Shown here in pieces: positions 19,200 to 28,178 of a stretch of 64,000 nt of DNA. The stretch spans positions 96,001 to 160,000 of the forward strand of contig CBDCCS010000016.1 of NCBI GenBank assembly GCA_965214935.1, written 5' to 3'. This DNA comes from Candidatus Velthaea sp. Its GTDB lineage: Bacteria; Vulcanimicrobiota; Vulcanimicrobiia; Vulcanimicrobiales; Vulcanimicrobiaceae. The notes beneath the pieces were generated by a model, which ran no database searches, was not told the DNA's origin, and saw only the letters and a program-made list of their open reading frames with translations. The translations under genes were made by a program, and so were the position numbers. Positions within the stretch are counted from its first letter, which is position 1; each line of letters starts with the position of its first letter.

Positions 19200-19844
19200 T
19201 CAAAATCGCGACAACTGTTCGGCAGTGCGGCGTAATTGTTGCAGACTCGCTATCGCATCGACGATGAAACGCACGCTGCGCGCGGGCGTGCGGACAAAAG
19301 CGAGCGTTAATTGAAGCGCCTGCAAATGTCCGCGCCGATCGTAGACGTCACGCAGATCGGGCAGCTCGCGATTCGCGGCATCGCTCACCACGCGCACCAT
19401 GGCAAACCGGACCGCTCGCGACTGCAGGATCCGCGCGATGGTCGCGGCTTCCATGTCGATCACTCCGGCACCGGTCGCGCGTCGTAATGCAGCTTTCGCG
19501 CCGACCGAACCGACGACCTCAGCGACATGCGCGGCACGTGCACCGGGCGCTTGCAATGCAAGGGCACAGGTCTCCGATAGTTGCGGGTCGAGATCGAGCG
19601 TCGCGGTGCCGTCGATGATCTGCGTGTAGACCACCGGCTGACCCACGCGCAGCGACGGATCCAACGCTCCGCAAAGCCCGAGAACGACCGCCGAACCGCC
19701 ATCCCCACGCGCGAGCGCGTTGGATTCATCTACATCGGCCGCTCCGGCTGAGACGGAAATGAACGTCGGACCGGCTACCGACCATCCACGTTTGACCGCC
19801 CAAAACTCCGGACCACGCGGCACGATAACCGCGCCGACATGCAC
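19200..19844 (-). CDS. Nucleoside phosphorylase-fold protein, probable hopanoid-associated phosphorylase (HpnG-like)
   Basis: GLCGALDPSL, VIDMEA, VRVVSD...LPD motifs of the PNP/MTA nucleosidase fold; hopanoid neighbourhood. Confidence 0.75.
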   Translation of the reverse strand: MHVGAVIVPRGPEFWAVKRGWSVAGPTFISVSAGAADVDESNALARGDGGSAVVLGLCGALDPSLRVGQPVVYTQIIDGTATLDLDPQLSETCALALQAPGARAAHVAEVVGSVGAKAALRRATGAGVIDMEAATIARILQSRAVRFAMVRVVSDAANRELPDLRDVYDRRGHLQALQLTLAFVRTPARSVRFIVDAIASLQQLRRTAEQLSRF

Positions 19845-19862
19845 CCTCTTGTGGTTCCCGAG

Positions 19863-20111
19863 CTACGCCATCCCACGTTCGGGCGTACCGCCGGAAGCAT
19901 GATTCGTCCGGCAAGTCGCGTGTCCGCACTCGCACGCCGTTCGCTGCGCTTTTCCGCTCGCGAGATCGCCCGCCTCGACGGTGTTGGCCATGCACCATTC
20001 GGTGCAAGCTCCGGCAGAAACCAAGTCATTGCACCCGCAGCCTGCATTGATGCATTGATGATCGGGAGCGGCCGGCGGCGTAAAGTCGTCGTGCGTAACA
20101 TTCGTACTCAT
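19863..20111 (-). CDS. Small Cys/His-rich metallothionein-like protein (82 aa)
   Basis: 8 Cys and 4 His in the pattern C-x4-C-x-C-x8-C-x3-C-x19-C-x-C-x-H-x2-C. Start overlaps the GNAT stop (ATGA). Confidence 0.65.
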   Translation of the reverse strand: MSTNVTHDDFTPPAAPDHQCINAGCGCNDLVSAGACTEWCMANTVEAGDLASGKAQRTACECGHATCRTNHASGGTPERGMA

Positions 20112-20626
20112 GTGCGTCCCGTACCCGCTTTTGCAGCCGTGCCCACTTCGTGTTCCGGCTCATCACGGTCATCGGCAAGAACCATCAAGTCACTCTCGAC
20201 AAAGCCGAGCCGAGCGTACAATGGTTTCGCGTCTTTCGCCGGACGCAGAAACGTCCGACGAGCATCGGCGCGCGTCGTCGCGATCACCTCACGTATGAGT
20301 TCGCTTGCAAAGCCGCGGTTTCTATACGGTGGCTCGACGAACACACCGCCGAGCTCGGCATGCCGCGAGCCGTTCGGATCGGGTAGCCGGTCGTAGTAAA
20401 CCGCACAGCTCGAACCGACGGCACGTTCCCCGTCGCACACGACCCACGCGACCACGCGCTCGGCGAGGAAGAGCGAGAAGAATTCACGGGTCGCGGTCGC
20501 AACAAATTCATTCACGGCAATGAACGGCAAAACGTTAAGCTCGACGAGACTTTGTGCGCGCAGCCCGGCTAGCGCTCGGGCATCGAAGCGATCCGCAATG
20601 CGTAAATAGATCATCGGTACATCCAA
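20108..20626 (-). CDS. GNAT family N-acetyltransferase
   Basis: VFVEPPYRNRGFASEL acetyl-CoA motif and PLYARLGF. Start TTG 20626 or ATG 20614. Confidence 0.88.
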   Translation of the reverse strand: MDVPMIYLRIADRFDARALAGLRAQSLVELNVLPFIAVNEFVATATREFFSLFLAERVVAWVVCDGERAVGSSCAVYYDRLPDPNGSRHAELGGVFVEPPYRNRGFASELIREVIATTRADARRTFLRPAKDAKPLYARLGFVESDLMVLADDRDEPEHEVGTAAKAGTGRT

Positions 20627-20629
20627 TTC

Positions 20630-20663
20630 AAAAAAAAAAACGCCCCAAATTTCTTGGTGCGCC
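20630..20663 (-). terminator. Intrinsic terminator/attenuator in the GNAT leader
   Basis: Minus strand GGCGCACCAAG-AAA-TTTGGGGCG followed by 11 T, ending just before the GNAT start. Confidence 0.8.
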
Positions 20664-20686
20664 CATTCAAGTCCGCAAACTGCCGT

Positions 20687-20761
20687 CTACCGCATAACGG
20701 TACGGCCCGCTGCATACTTGCACGGGCGCTTATCAGGTCGGCGGTGGAAAGGATGCGCCAT
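20687..20761 (-). CDS. Putative leader peptide MAHPFHRRPDKRPCKYAAGRTVMR (24 aa)
   Basis: Short uORF overlapping an inverted repeat that competes with the downstream terminator. Confidence 0.55.
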   Translation of the reverse strand: MAHPFHRRPDKRPCKYAAGRTVMR

Positions 20762-20811
20762 CACGAAAATTATGTATCACAGCGTGCTTCGACCGTCAAG
20801 CCGCCGCCGCG

Positions 20812-21267
20812 TTAGCGAACCGGCCGGCACGGAACGATGCTCGTGATAATCGCATCCTGTACGAGCGCTTCCATGGCGGTGAACGTGCGCATTTGCGAGA
20901 CAACGATGCCACGATCGGGTTTCGAACGGGATAGACGCAAACGTACGACCGTCATATGCAAACGCAGGACGTCGCCGGGGCGAACCGGTTGCGGCCAGCG
21001 TAACGACTCGACGCCCGCCCCGACCGACCCGCCTGCCGGATGATACGTACTCTGGGTGAGCAGCCGCATTGTTATCGCCGCGGTGTGCCAGCCGCTCGCG
21101 ACGAGCTCGCCGAACGCACTCGCGTTGGCCGCCGCCGGATCGGTATGAAATGGTTGCGGATCGTATTGTTCGGCGAAGCGAATGATCTCTTGAGCCGTTA
21201 CCGTGTATGACGGCGATTCGAACGTCGCACCAACTTCAAGATCTTCGAAGAAATGTTCGCTCGGCAT
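20812..21267 (-). CDS. MaoC-family dehydratase
   Basis: FFEDLEVG, FAEQYDPQPFHTD, ASGWHT, LRWPQPVRPGD. Confidence 0.9.
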   Translation of the reverse strand: MPSEHFFEDLEVGATFESPSYTVTAQEIIRFAEQYDPQPFHTDPAAANASAFGELVASGWHTAAITMRLLTQSTYHPAGGSVGAGVESLRWPQPVRPGDVLRLHMTVVRLRLSRSKPDRGIVVSQMRTFTAMEALVQDAIITSIVPCRPVR

Positions 21268-21340
21268 TGGCTGGCAGTACGCTATGCGACCGGCGGAAGT
21301 CTCTTTGGGCGATCGCGCAGTCACGGCCGGGCCGCCGTTA

Positions 21341-21856
21341 TCACACAATGGTTGCGGCAAGTTCGGCGAGCTTTGTAATCGTATTCAAATTGCGAGCCGT
21401 TCCGGCCGCAGCTGCCGGAATGACAAGCCTCGAGGCTCCGATGCTGTTGCGATAGGCAACGTACACCTCTCGCGAACCCAAGCGTATCTCTTCGTCCGTT
21501 CGGCCGCGAACGTGATCGAGCGCATTTGCCGGCGGAGGGTTATCTAAAAAGATTGCGACCGTCGAGTTGCCGGGATACGACCGGAATGGATTGGACTCGA
21601 GAACGGCGGACAGTTCTTGCGCCGTGCGTACGATGGCACCAACGGGTTTACCGGCATACAATTGCAGGCGTTTCTCGATTGCTGCCTTTACCGGTGCTTC
21701 GGGCAGATCGGCCGCGAAGACGACGTTGCCGCTGGCGATATACGTTCGGACCTTGCGAAACCCCGCAGCAGCGCAGATTGCCTCGAGTTCACTCATCGGC
21801 AGCTTACCGGTCCCGCCTACGTTCACCGCGCGCAGCAAGGCAATGTATGTCGGCAT
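21341..21856 (-). CDS. DUF1697 family protein
   Basis: YIALLRAVNVGG, VRTYIASGNVVF, TARNLNTITKL. Confidence 0.9.
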   Translation of the reverse strand: MPTYIALLRAVNVGGTGKLPMSELEAICAAAGFRKVRTYIASGNVVFAADLPEAPVKAAIEKRLQLYAGKPVGAIVRTAQELSAVLESNPFRSYPGNSTVAIFLDNPPPANALDHVRGRTDEEIRLGSREVYVAYRNSIGASRLVIPAAAAGTARNLNTITKLAELAATIV

Positions 21857-21870
21857 GCGGACTCCGGACG

Positions 21871-21897
21871 AAAAAAAAGAGCGTTTCCACGCGCCTC
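21871..21897 (-). terminator. Possible intrinsic terminator after the DUF3455 gene
   Basis: Minus strand short hairpin GCGT-GGAA-ACGC followed by TC and 8 T. Confidence 0.45.
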
Positions 21898-21928
21898 ATT
21901 CGACGTCGCCGGCCCGTGCGTCTTACGG

Positions 21929-22462
21929 CTACCGATAAAATGTGTAGACGGCGCTGTAGTGACGGGCGACGGTCGCATCGGAATTTTTGGAGTCGCAGCC
22001 CACTACCGGCGGCAGGCCGCCTTCGGTATCCGAGCGACGCACGAATCGAGCCGGCGTCAAAATTCCGCGACCGGTCGCTGACGTCACGTTCAGCAGCAAT
22101 GCCGGAACGCTGTTCGGCCGATCAACTTTAAAAATTGGACGTGCACCGTCGGCAACGATCGAGCTTCCGTCGGCGGAGGTCCACGTCGGGCCGGCAGTGT
22201 GCGTGCCGAAATCATGTCCGTCGTCAGTTACGAGAAGCGCTTTCGGCCCGACGAGAGTCCACGCAAAGTTGCCCGCGGTTGCCCGGCACGCATACACTTG
22301 CACGCCCCCGCCCTGGACTTCCGCAACGACCGTAGCTCCCGACGGCGGCACGATCTCCGACGTCGTTTGTGCATTCGCGCTCGGACATATGACGGCAATG
22401 AAGCCGGCGACGATGATTGCAACGTTCGCGAGTCGATCGATTCGCCGCCGATGTTGACACAT
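21929..22462 (-). CDS. Secreted DUF3455 family protein
   Basis: Signal peptide; GGGVQVYAC, GTHTAGPTW..ADGS, TEGGLPP, YSAVYTFY. Confidence 0.82.
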   Translation of the reverse strand: MCQHRRRIDRLANVAIIVAGFIAVICPSANAQTTSEIVPPSGATVVAEVQGGGVQVYACRATAGNFAWTLVGPKALLVTDDGHDFGTHTAGPTWTSADGSSIVADGARPIFKVDRPNSVPALLLNVTSATGRGILTPARFVRRSDTEGGLPPVVGCDSKNSDATVARHYSAVYTFYR

Positions 22463-22539
22463 AAAGCGACCTTACAACACGAGGCCGATCGGCCTGCAAC
22501 CGAATGGAACGAGGCCGCGCGACAACGAACGCGCGGATC

Positions 22540-24015
22540 ATGCCGCTCGATCGAGACGCTTACTTCGCCGCGCTCATTCCGCGCATCAATGATTTCGTTC
22601 GCGAACAGACGCTGCCGTCCATGGCGATCGGCATCGTCGAAGCCGGTGAATTAATCTGGACGCACGGCAGCGGCGAACGAGTACGCGGCAGCGCGGCACC
22701 GCCCTCAAGCGATAGCATCTTTCGCATTGCGTCGATGACGAAGAGCTTCACGGCAGCAGCGATTCTTCTCTTGCGCGATCGCGGTGCACTGCGGCTCGAC
22801 GATGCACTAGACGCACATCTGCCATGGACCGCTTCGATCGGCGCGCCGCCGAACGCCGCCGCTATAACGATTCGGGATTTACTTACGATGAACGCCGGCC
22901 TTCCGACGGACGACCCATGGGGCGACCGGCAAGAGTCGGCATCGACGGTGCAATTTGATGCGCTCGCAAGCGGCGGTCTCTCCTTTACGCGCGCAGCGCG
23001 CACGGGATTCGAATACTCGAATCTCAGTTACGCACTGCTCGGCCGAGTCATCAGCGTCGCGTCGCAGACCGACTATCTCACGTTCGTGAAACGCGAACTG
23101 CTTGAACCCTTGGGTATGCGCGCGACCTGTTTTGACACCGCCTGCGTCGATGAACGGCAACGCGCGCCCGGCTATATGCTCGTTGACGGCGATCTGATTT
23201 GCGAGCCGCCGGTACGTCCGGGCGCGTTTAGTCCGATGGGTGGTTTGCACAGCAGCGTGCGCGACATCGCGCGGTGGGTCCGCGGCTTCGCTTCCCCCGC
23301 AGCCGGCGCATCCGGCACGCATCCACTGAGTGAATCGAGCCGGCGCGAGATGCAAGAGGGCCGAACTCACGCCTATACAACGCTCGTCGCTCCGACCGAT
23401 TCTGCACCGGCGAAGACGCAGACGGGGCTTTACGGCTACGGCCTCGCGTGCGAAAGCGACTCCCGACTCGGACGGTTCGTTCATCATAGCGGCGGCTATC
23501 CCGGCTTCGGTTCGCACATGCGTTGGCACCCGGCGTCCGGCTTTGGAATCGTCGCGCTTGCCAACCGGACGTATGCGCCGACGCGAATGCTCGCGGCAGC
23601 GATTCTCGACGGCGTCGTTACTGATTTAGCGGCTTCGCTCGATCCCGCCGCGGCGCTCTGGCCTCAGACGCGCCATGCGATGGATGTCGTCGAACGTCTC
23701 ACCGCCGGCTGGGACGACGCGTTAGCCGATGCGAACTTCGCCGGAAACGTCGACCTGGATCTGCCGCGCGCAAGACGCCGCGCAGCATTCGAGCGGGCCG
23801 CCGCGGCGCTTGGTACGTTCGAACGCATCGCGGACAACTGGATCTCGCACTCGCCCGCACATGTGCGCTGGCCCCTGCGCGGCGCACAAATAAACGCGAC
23901 GCTCGAGGTATTGCTGACACCGGAACGGCCACCGCGCATTCAGCTGCTGACCATCGAGCTAGCGACGATTCCTCGACTCGACATTGCGTGCACCGAATCG
24001 GAGCGGCAAACGTAA
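22540..24015 (+). CDS. Serine hydrolase, beta-lactamase class C-like family
   Basis: FRIASMTK (SxxK), FEYSNL (YxN), HSGGYPGF. Confidence 0.9.
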   Translation: MPLDRDAYFAALIPRINDFVREQTLPSMAIGIVEAGELIWTHGSGERVRGSAAPPSSDSIFRIASMTKSFTAAAILLLRDRGALRLDDALDAHLPWTASIGAPPNAAAITIRDLLTMNAGLPTDDPWGDRQESASTVQFDALASGGLSFTRAARTGFEYSNLSYALLGRVISVASQTDYLTFVKRELLEPLGMRATCFDTACVDERQRAPGYMLVDGDLICEPPVRPGAFSPMGGLHSSVRDIARWVRGFASPAAGASGTHPLSESSRREMQEGRTHAYTTLVAPTDSAPAKTQTGLYGYGLACESDSRLGRFVHHSGGYPGFGSHMRWHPASGFGIVALANRTYAPTRMLAAAILDGVVTDLAASLDPAAALWPQTRHAMDVVERLTAGWDDALADANFAGNVDLDLPRARRRAAFERAAAALGTFERIADNWISHSPAHVRWPLRGAQINATLEVLLTPERPPRIQLLTIELATIPRLDIACTESERQT

Positions 24016-24234
24016 TGAAGCCGCTCGCGGAACGGTATGCAAGCTACAAGCTTTGCGCCGTTACATTTTAGAGCCGCCGTCGAAGCTGCGGAAACTCGGA
24101 CGTAGCGTTAAGCTCACGTTAAGGCAGCGTCACAAATGGCTAATCACCCTGCGAGCAAGGTAGCGAATCAGGCGCGGCAGAGGCAATTGAGTTATCTCAG
24201 TTGCCCGCATCGCAATTGTTTGGGGGAACAACAC

Positions 24235-25443
24235 GTGCAAATTGGAGTAGCGCTGGCGCGAACAGCGTCGGCGATCGCCGCAACGGCTTTGCTTTGCGGT
24301 TCGTTGCCCACGGCAGTTCCGGCGGCCGCCGATTCCGTCAAGGTCGGCGTGCTGCAGTCGCTGACCGGAACGATGGCGATCAGCGAAGTCACCGTAAAAA
24401 ATTCGACCCTCTTAGCGATCGATCAAATTAACGCCACGGGCGGCGTGCTTGGCAAAAAGATCGAGCCGATCGTTGAAGACGGCGCATCGGATCCATCGAT
24501 GTTCGCGCAAAAAGCGCAGAAGCTCATCCAACAAGACGGGGTCGTGACGGTGTTTGGCGGTTGGACGTCGGCCAGCCGAAAAGCGATGCTCCCGGTGTTC
24601 GAACGCTTTCACGGCTTACTCTGGTATCCGGTTCAATTTGAAGGCAACGAGTGTTCACCGAACATCATGTATTCGGGAGCGCAACCAAATCAGCAGATCT
24701 TACCGGCGCTACAGTGGGCTGAACTCAAGGGTTACAAGAGTATCTTCTTACTTGGCTCGGACTATGTCTTTCCGCGAACGGCAAACTTGATTCTCAAGAA
24801 GCACATTGAAAACGATAAGGGGATGGTTGCCGGCGAAGAATACGTCCCGCTCGGCGGCACCGATTTTAGCGCCGTCATCAATAAGATCAAAGTCGCAAAG
24901 CCGCAGATCATCTTTAATACGCTTAACGGCGACAGCAACGTTTCGTTCTTCAAGCAAATGGCCGCAGCCGGTCTGCCGTCGGCGAAACTGCCGGTCATGT
25001 CGTTCAGCATCGCCGAACAAGAAGCCAAATCGATCGGTCCGTCTTTACTCGAGGGCAGTTACGCATCGTGGAATTACTTTCAAAGTATCGGCGGCTCCGA
25101 AAATAAGAAATTTGTCGCGGCCTATCAAGCAAAATACCCCGGGCAGCCGGTCGACGATCCGATGGCGCATGGGTATCTTGACGTTTATTCGTGGGCTGCC
25201 GCCGTGAAGAAAGCCGGTACGTTCGACGCCGACAAAGTGCGGAAGGCCGCATCGACATTAGCCTACAGCAACGTCGGTATGGGCGAAGCAAAATTCGCTT
25301 CAAATCAAAGTCTCGTTCAAACAGCGTACGTCGGCCAACTTGAGCCGAGCGGCCAATTCAAAATCCTCTGGCAATCGAAGGCGCCGGTTATGCCGATTCC
25401 GTACGACCCGCTGTCGTTTCCCGGCAAAACCTGCGTGTTGTAA
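24235..25443 (+). CDS. urtA: Urea ABC transporter substrate-binding protein
   Basis: KVGVLQSLTGTMAISE, EDGASD, GGWTSASRKAMLPVFE, LGSDYVFPRTAN, NTLNGDSN. GTG start after GGGGGAA. Confidence 0.93.
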   Translation: MQIGVALARTASAIAATALLCGSLPTAVPAAADSVKVGVLQSLTGTMAISEVTVKNSTLLAIDQINATGGVLGKKIEPIVEDGASDPSMFAQKAQKLIQQDGVVTVFGGWTSASRKAMLPVFERFHGLLWYPVQFEGNECSPNIMYSGAQPNQQILPALQWAELKGYKSIFLLGSDYVFPRTANLILKKHIENDKGMVAGEEYVPLGGTDFSAVINKIKVAKPQIIFNTLNGDSNVSFFKQMAAAGLPSAKLPVMSFSIAEQEAKSIGPSLLEGSYASWNYFQSIGGSENKKFVAAYQAKYPGQPVDDPMAHGYLDVYSWAAAVKKAGTFDADKVRKAASTLAYSNVGMGEAKFASNQSLVQTAYVGQLEPSGQFKILWQSKAPVMPIPYDPLSFPGKTCVL

Positions 25444-25449
25444 CGCGCG

Positions 25450-26361
25450 ATGAATGAGACGACGCTGGTTGCCGGCCAGCTGTTCAACGGAATAAGCGTC
25501 GCCTCGATCTTACTGCTGGCTGCGCTCGGACTTGCGCTAAGCTTCGGACTCATGCGCGTCATCAATATGGCGCACGGCGAGATGCTGATGATGGGCGGCT
25601 ATCTTGCCTATCTCTCGACATCGTTGTTTGGAAAAGGCGCGGGTTTCTTCATCGGCCTCATCATCGCGTTTGCCGGAACGGCTCTCTTCGGCGCAATTTT
25701 AGAAATGACGCTCATACGCCGCCTCTATGGGCGTCCTCTCGATACCCTTCTCGCGACGTGGGGCGTCAGCCTCATCCTGCAACAAGCCGCACGTAGTATT
25801 TTTGGACCGGTCGGTGTCGAAGTAACGGCGCCGGCCCAGTTGAGCGGCGCGCTGTCGGTGGGCGGCACGGCACTGACCGGCTTCTCACTGCCCGCCGTAC
25901 GCCTTTTTATCATCGTGCTTGCCGCCCTGGTGCTTGGCGGTATGGCGCTGTTGCTCGCGCGAACGCGACTTGGTTTGCTTGTCCGCGCGGTGCATCAAAA
26001 TCGCTCGATGGCCGAAGCGCTCGGCGCAAATACGCGCGCGGTCGACTTGATCGTCTTTGCACTGGGAACCGGTATCGCGGGTCTTGCTGGTGCGGCGCTC
26101 GCACTCATTGCGCCGGTGACGCCGACCGTCGGGCAGAGCTATATCGTGTATGCGTTTCTGGTTGTGATCGTCGGCGGATTGGGCAGCCTCGCAGGTACGC
26201 TTTTTGCCGCGCTGCTCATCGGGGTGTTTTCAGCCGTCACCCAGATTTTCACGAGCGTCAGCGTTGCCGACGTTCTGCTGCTTATCGTCGTCATTGCGTT
26301 CTTGCAATTTCGGCCGCGCGGCATTGTATGGCAACGCTCGCGTGCACTCGAGGAAACCTAA
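25450..26361 (+). CDS. urtB: Urea ABC transporter permease
   Basis: FGLMRVINMAHGE, LYGRPLDTLLATWG. Confidence 0.92.
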   Translation: MNETTLVAGQLFNGISVASILLLAALGLALSFGLMRVINMAHGEMLMMGGYLAYLSTSLFGKGAGFFIGLIIAFAGTALFGAILEMTLIRRLYGRPLDTLLATWGVSLILQQAARSIFGPVGVEVTAPAQLSGALSVGGTALTGFSLPAVRLFIIVLAALVLGGMALLLARTRLGLLVRAVHQNRSMAEALGANTRAVDLIVFALGTGIAGLAGAALALIAPVTPTVGQSYIVYAFLVVIVGGLGSLAGTLFAALLIGVFSAVTQIFTSVSVADVLLLIVVIAFLQFRPRGIVWQRSRALEET

Positions 26362-27408
26362 ATGCGCAAATTGCTGGGCTACGTTCTCATGCTTGCCGTC
26401 ATGGTTGCCGCACCGCTGTACCTTGCACCCTACGAACTCTCGCTGCTCGGCCGGTTTCTGGCGCTCGCCATTCTTGCACTGGGCATTTCGCTCATCTGGG
26501 GTACCGGCGGAATGCTCAGCCTCGGTCAGGGCGTATTTTTCGCGCTGGGCGGATATGCGCTCGCGATGCATCTCAAGCTCGCAGGTGCCGATGCCGGAAG
26601 TTTGCCCGACTTCATGCAGTGGAGCGGATTGGGCACCTTGCCGTGGTGGTGGGAGCCGTTTCGTTCACCCGTTTTTGCCGTTGCAGCGCTCCTGGTCATA
26701 CCCGGACTTGTCGCGGCTTTGCTGGCGTTTCTGGTCTTCCGGCGGCGCGTCAGCGGCGCCTACTTTGCAATCATCACGCAAGCGTTGGCGCTCGCCGCGA
26801 CGACCTTCATCGTGAGTCAGCAGCAATTCACCGGCGGCTTCAACGGGTTGACCGGATTTACGACGGTGTTCGGGTTTACGTTAACCGATCCGCACACACA
26901 ACTCGCGCTGTATTGGGTCACTTTGGGCACGTTGGCGGTCGCCTTTGCCGCGACACGTTGGCTGCTGGATTCACGCTTCGGCACCCTATTGTTAGCGATG
27001 CGCGACGGTGAGAATCGCATTCGCTTTCTCGGCTACAACCCGTTGCCGTTCAAGGTTTTGGCATTCGCTTTTGCCGGTGTGCTTGCGGGGATTTCGGGCG
27101 CGCTCGTCACGTTGGATTTAGGTGTTATCTCGCCCGCCATGTTCGGCGTCGTGCCGTCGATCGAGATGGTCATCTGGGTCGCGGTCGGCGGGCGTGGCAG
27201 CCTCATCGGTGCGGTCCTCGGAACGCTCGTGGTAAATTTCGGCAAAGACTGGATCAGCAGTGCCTTTCCCGAGCTTTGGCTCTACGCCGTCGGCGCGATG
27301 TTCATTCTCGTGGTGACGCTCGCTCCGACGGGCATCGTCGGGACGTTGTCGCAGTGGCGCAGCTTTCCACGCCTGGGGCGCTCGCGACCACCGGCACTCG
27401 TTGAATGA
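26362..27408 (+). CDS. urtC: Urea ABC transporter permease
   Basis: LSLGQGVFFALGGY, LPDFMQW, RDGENRIRFLGY, SIEMVIWVAVGGRG. Confidence 0.92.
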   Translation: MRKLLGYVLMLAVMVAAPLYLAPYELSLLGRFLALAILALGISLIWGTGGMLSLGQGVFFALGGYALAMHLKLAGADAGSLPDFMQWSGLGTLPWWWEPFRSPVFAVAALLVIPGLVAALLAFLVFRRRVSGAYFAIITQALALAATTFIVSQQQFTGGFNGLTGFTTVFGFTLTDPHTQLALYWVTLGTLAVAFAATRWLLDSRFGTLLLAMRDGENRIRFLGYNPLPFKVLAFAFAGVLAGISGALVTLDLGVISPAMFGVVPSIEMVIWVAVGGRGSLIGAVLGTLVVNFGKDWISSAFPELWLYAVGAMFILVVTLAPTGIVGTLSQWRSFPRLGRSRPPALVE

Positions 27409-28178
27409 GCGCCGCCGTCGGACCATTGCTCGACGTCGACCACGTCACCGTTTCGTACGACGGGTTCAAGGCGCTGGACGATCTGTCGTTCAGCCTCGCG
27501 CCCGGAGCCGTGCGCGTGTTGATCGGACCCAACGGCGCCGGCAAGTCGACGTTGCTCGACACGATCATCGGCCGCGTTCGGCCAAGCGAAGGCCGCATCG
27601 TCTTCAAAGGTGAGGACATAAGCGCGCTGCCCGATTTTCGCATCGTTCAACGTGGAATATGCCGCAAATTCCAAACCCCCGGCGTTCTCGATGAGCTTAG
27701 TGTCGAGGCCAATATTCTCGTTGCGGCGACGCGCGACCGGCGTTCTTGGCGCAGCCTCACCACCGCGCGCTTGCCCAGCGAACGCGAGCGCGTTCACGAG
27801 GTCCTGGCGACGATCGGTCTGACCGCGAAACGCGAGATGCCCGCCGTTCAACTCGCGCATGGCGAACGTCAGTGGCTAGAGATCGGCATGGTCGTCGCAT
27901 CCGATGCCGATCTGCTCTTGCTCGACGAACCTGCGGCCGGCATGACGCACCGCGAAGCCGGCGCAACGGCAGATCTCATCCGCAGCCTCGGCGGCCGGCA
28001 TGCGGTGATTGTGATCGACCACGATATGGATTTTGTCGAGCAGATCGCCGCGCCGGTCAGCGTTCTGCACATGGGCCACATGCTCGCGCATGGCTCGATT
28101 GCCGAAATACGAAACGATCCAACCGTCGCTGCGGTCTACCTTGGGCGTCCGGTCGGAGACGGCAATGCTCACGCTTGA
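27405..28178 (+). CDS. urtD: Urea ABC transporter ATP-binding protein
   Basis: VSYDGFKAL, IGPNGAGKST, RKFQTP, QWLEIGM. Confidence 0.92.
   Translation: MSAAVGPLLDVDHVTVSYDGFKALDDLSFSLAPGAVRVLIGPNGAGKSTLLDTIIGRVRPSEGRIVFKGEDISALPDFRIVQRGICRKFQTPGVLDELSVEANILVAATRDRRSWRSLTTARLPSERERVHEVLATIGLTAKREMPAVQLAHGERQWLEIGMVVASDADLLLLDEPAAGMTHREAGATADLIRSLGGRHAVIVIDHDMDFVEQIAAPVSVLHMGHMLAHGSIAEIRNDPTVAAVYLGRPVGDGNAHA

Noticed and set aside
20720..20770. Fluoride- or SAM-I-riboswitch resemblance (GATGGCGC...CTGATAAGCGCC; CTTATCAGG)
   Set aside because: Only fragments match and core pairings are missing. The uORF/antiterminator model explains the sequence better.
22540..24015. True beta-lactamase resistance gene
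   Set aside because: No signal peptide and an HSG triad; it fits the broad serine hydrolase/esterase family.
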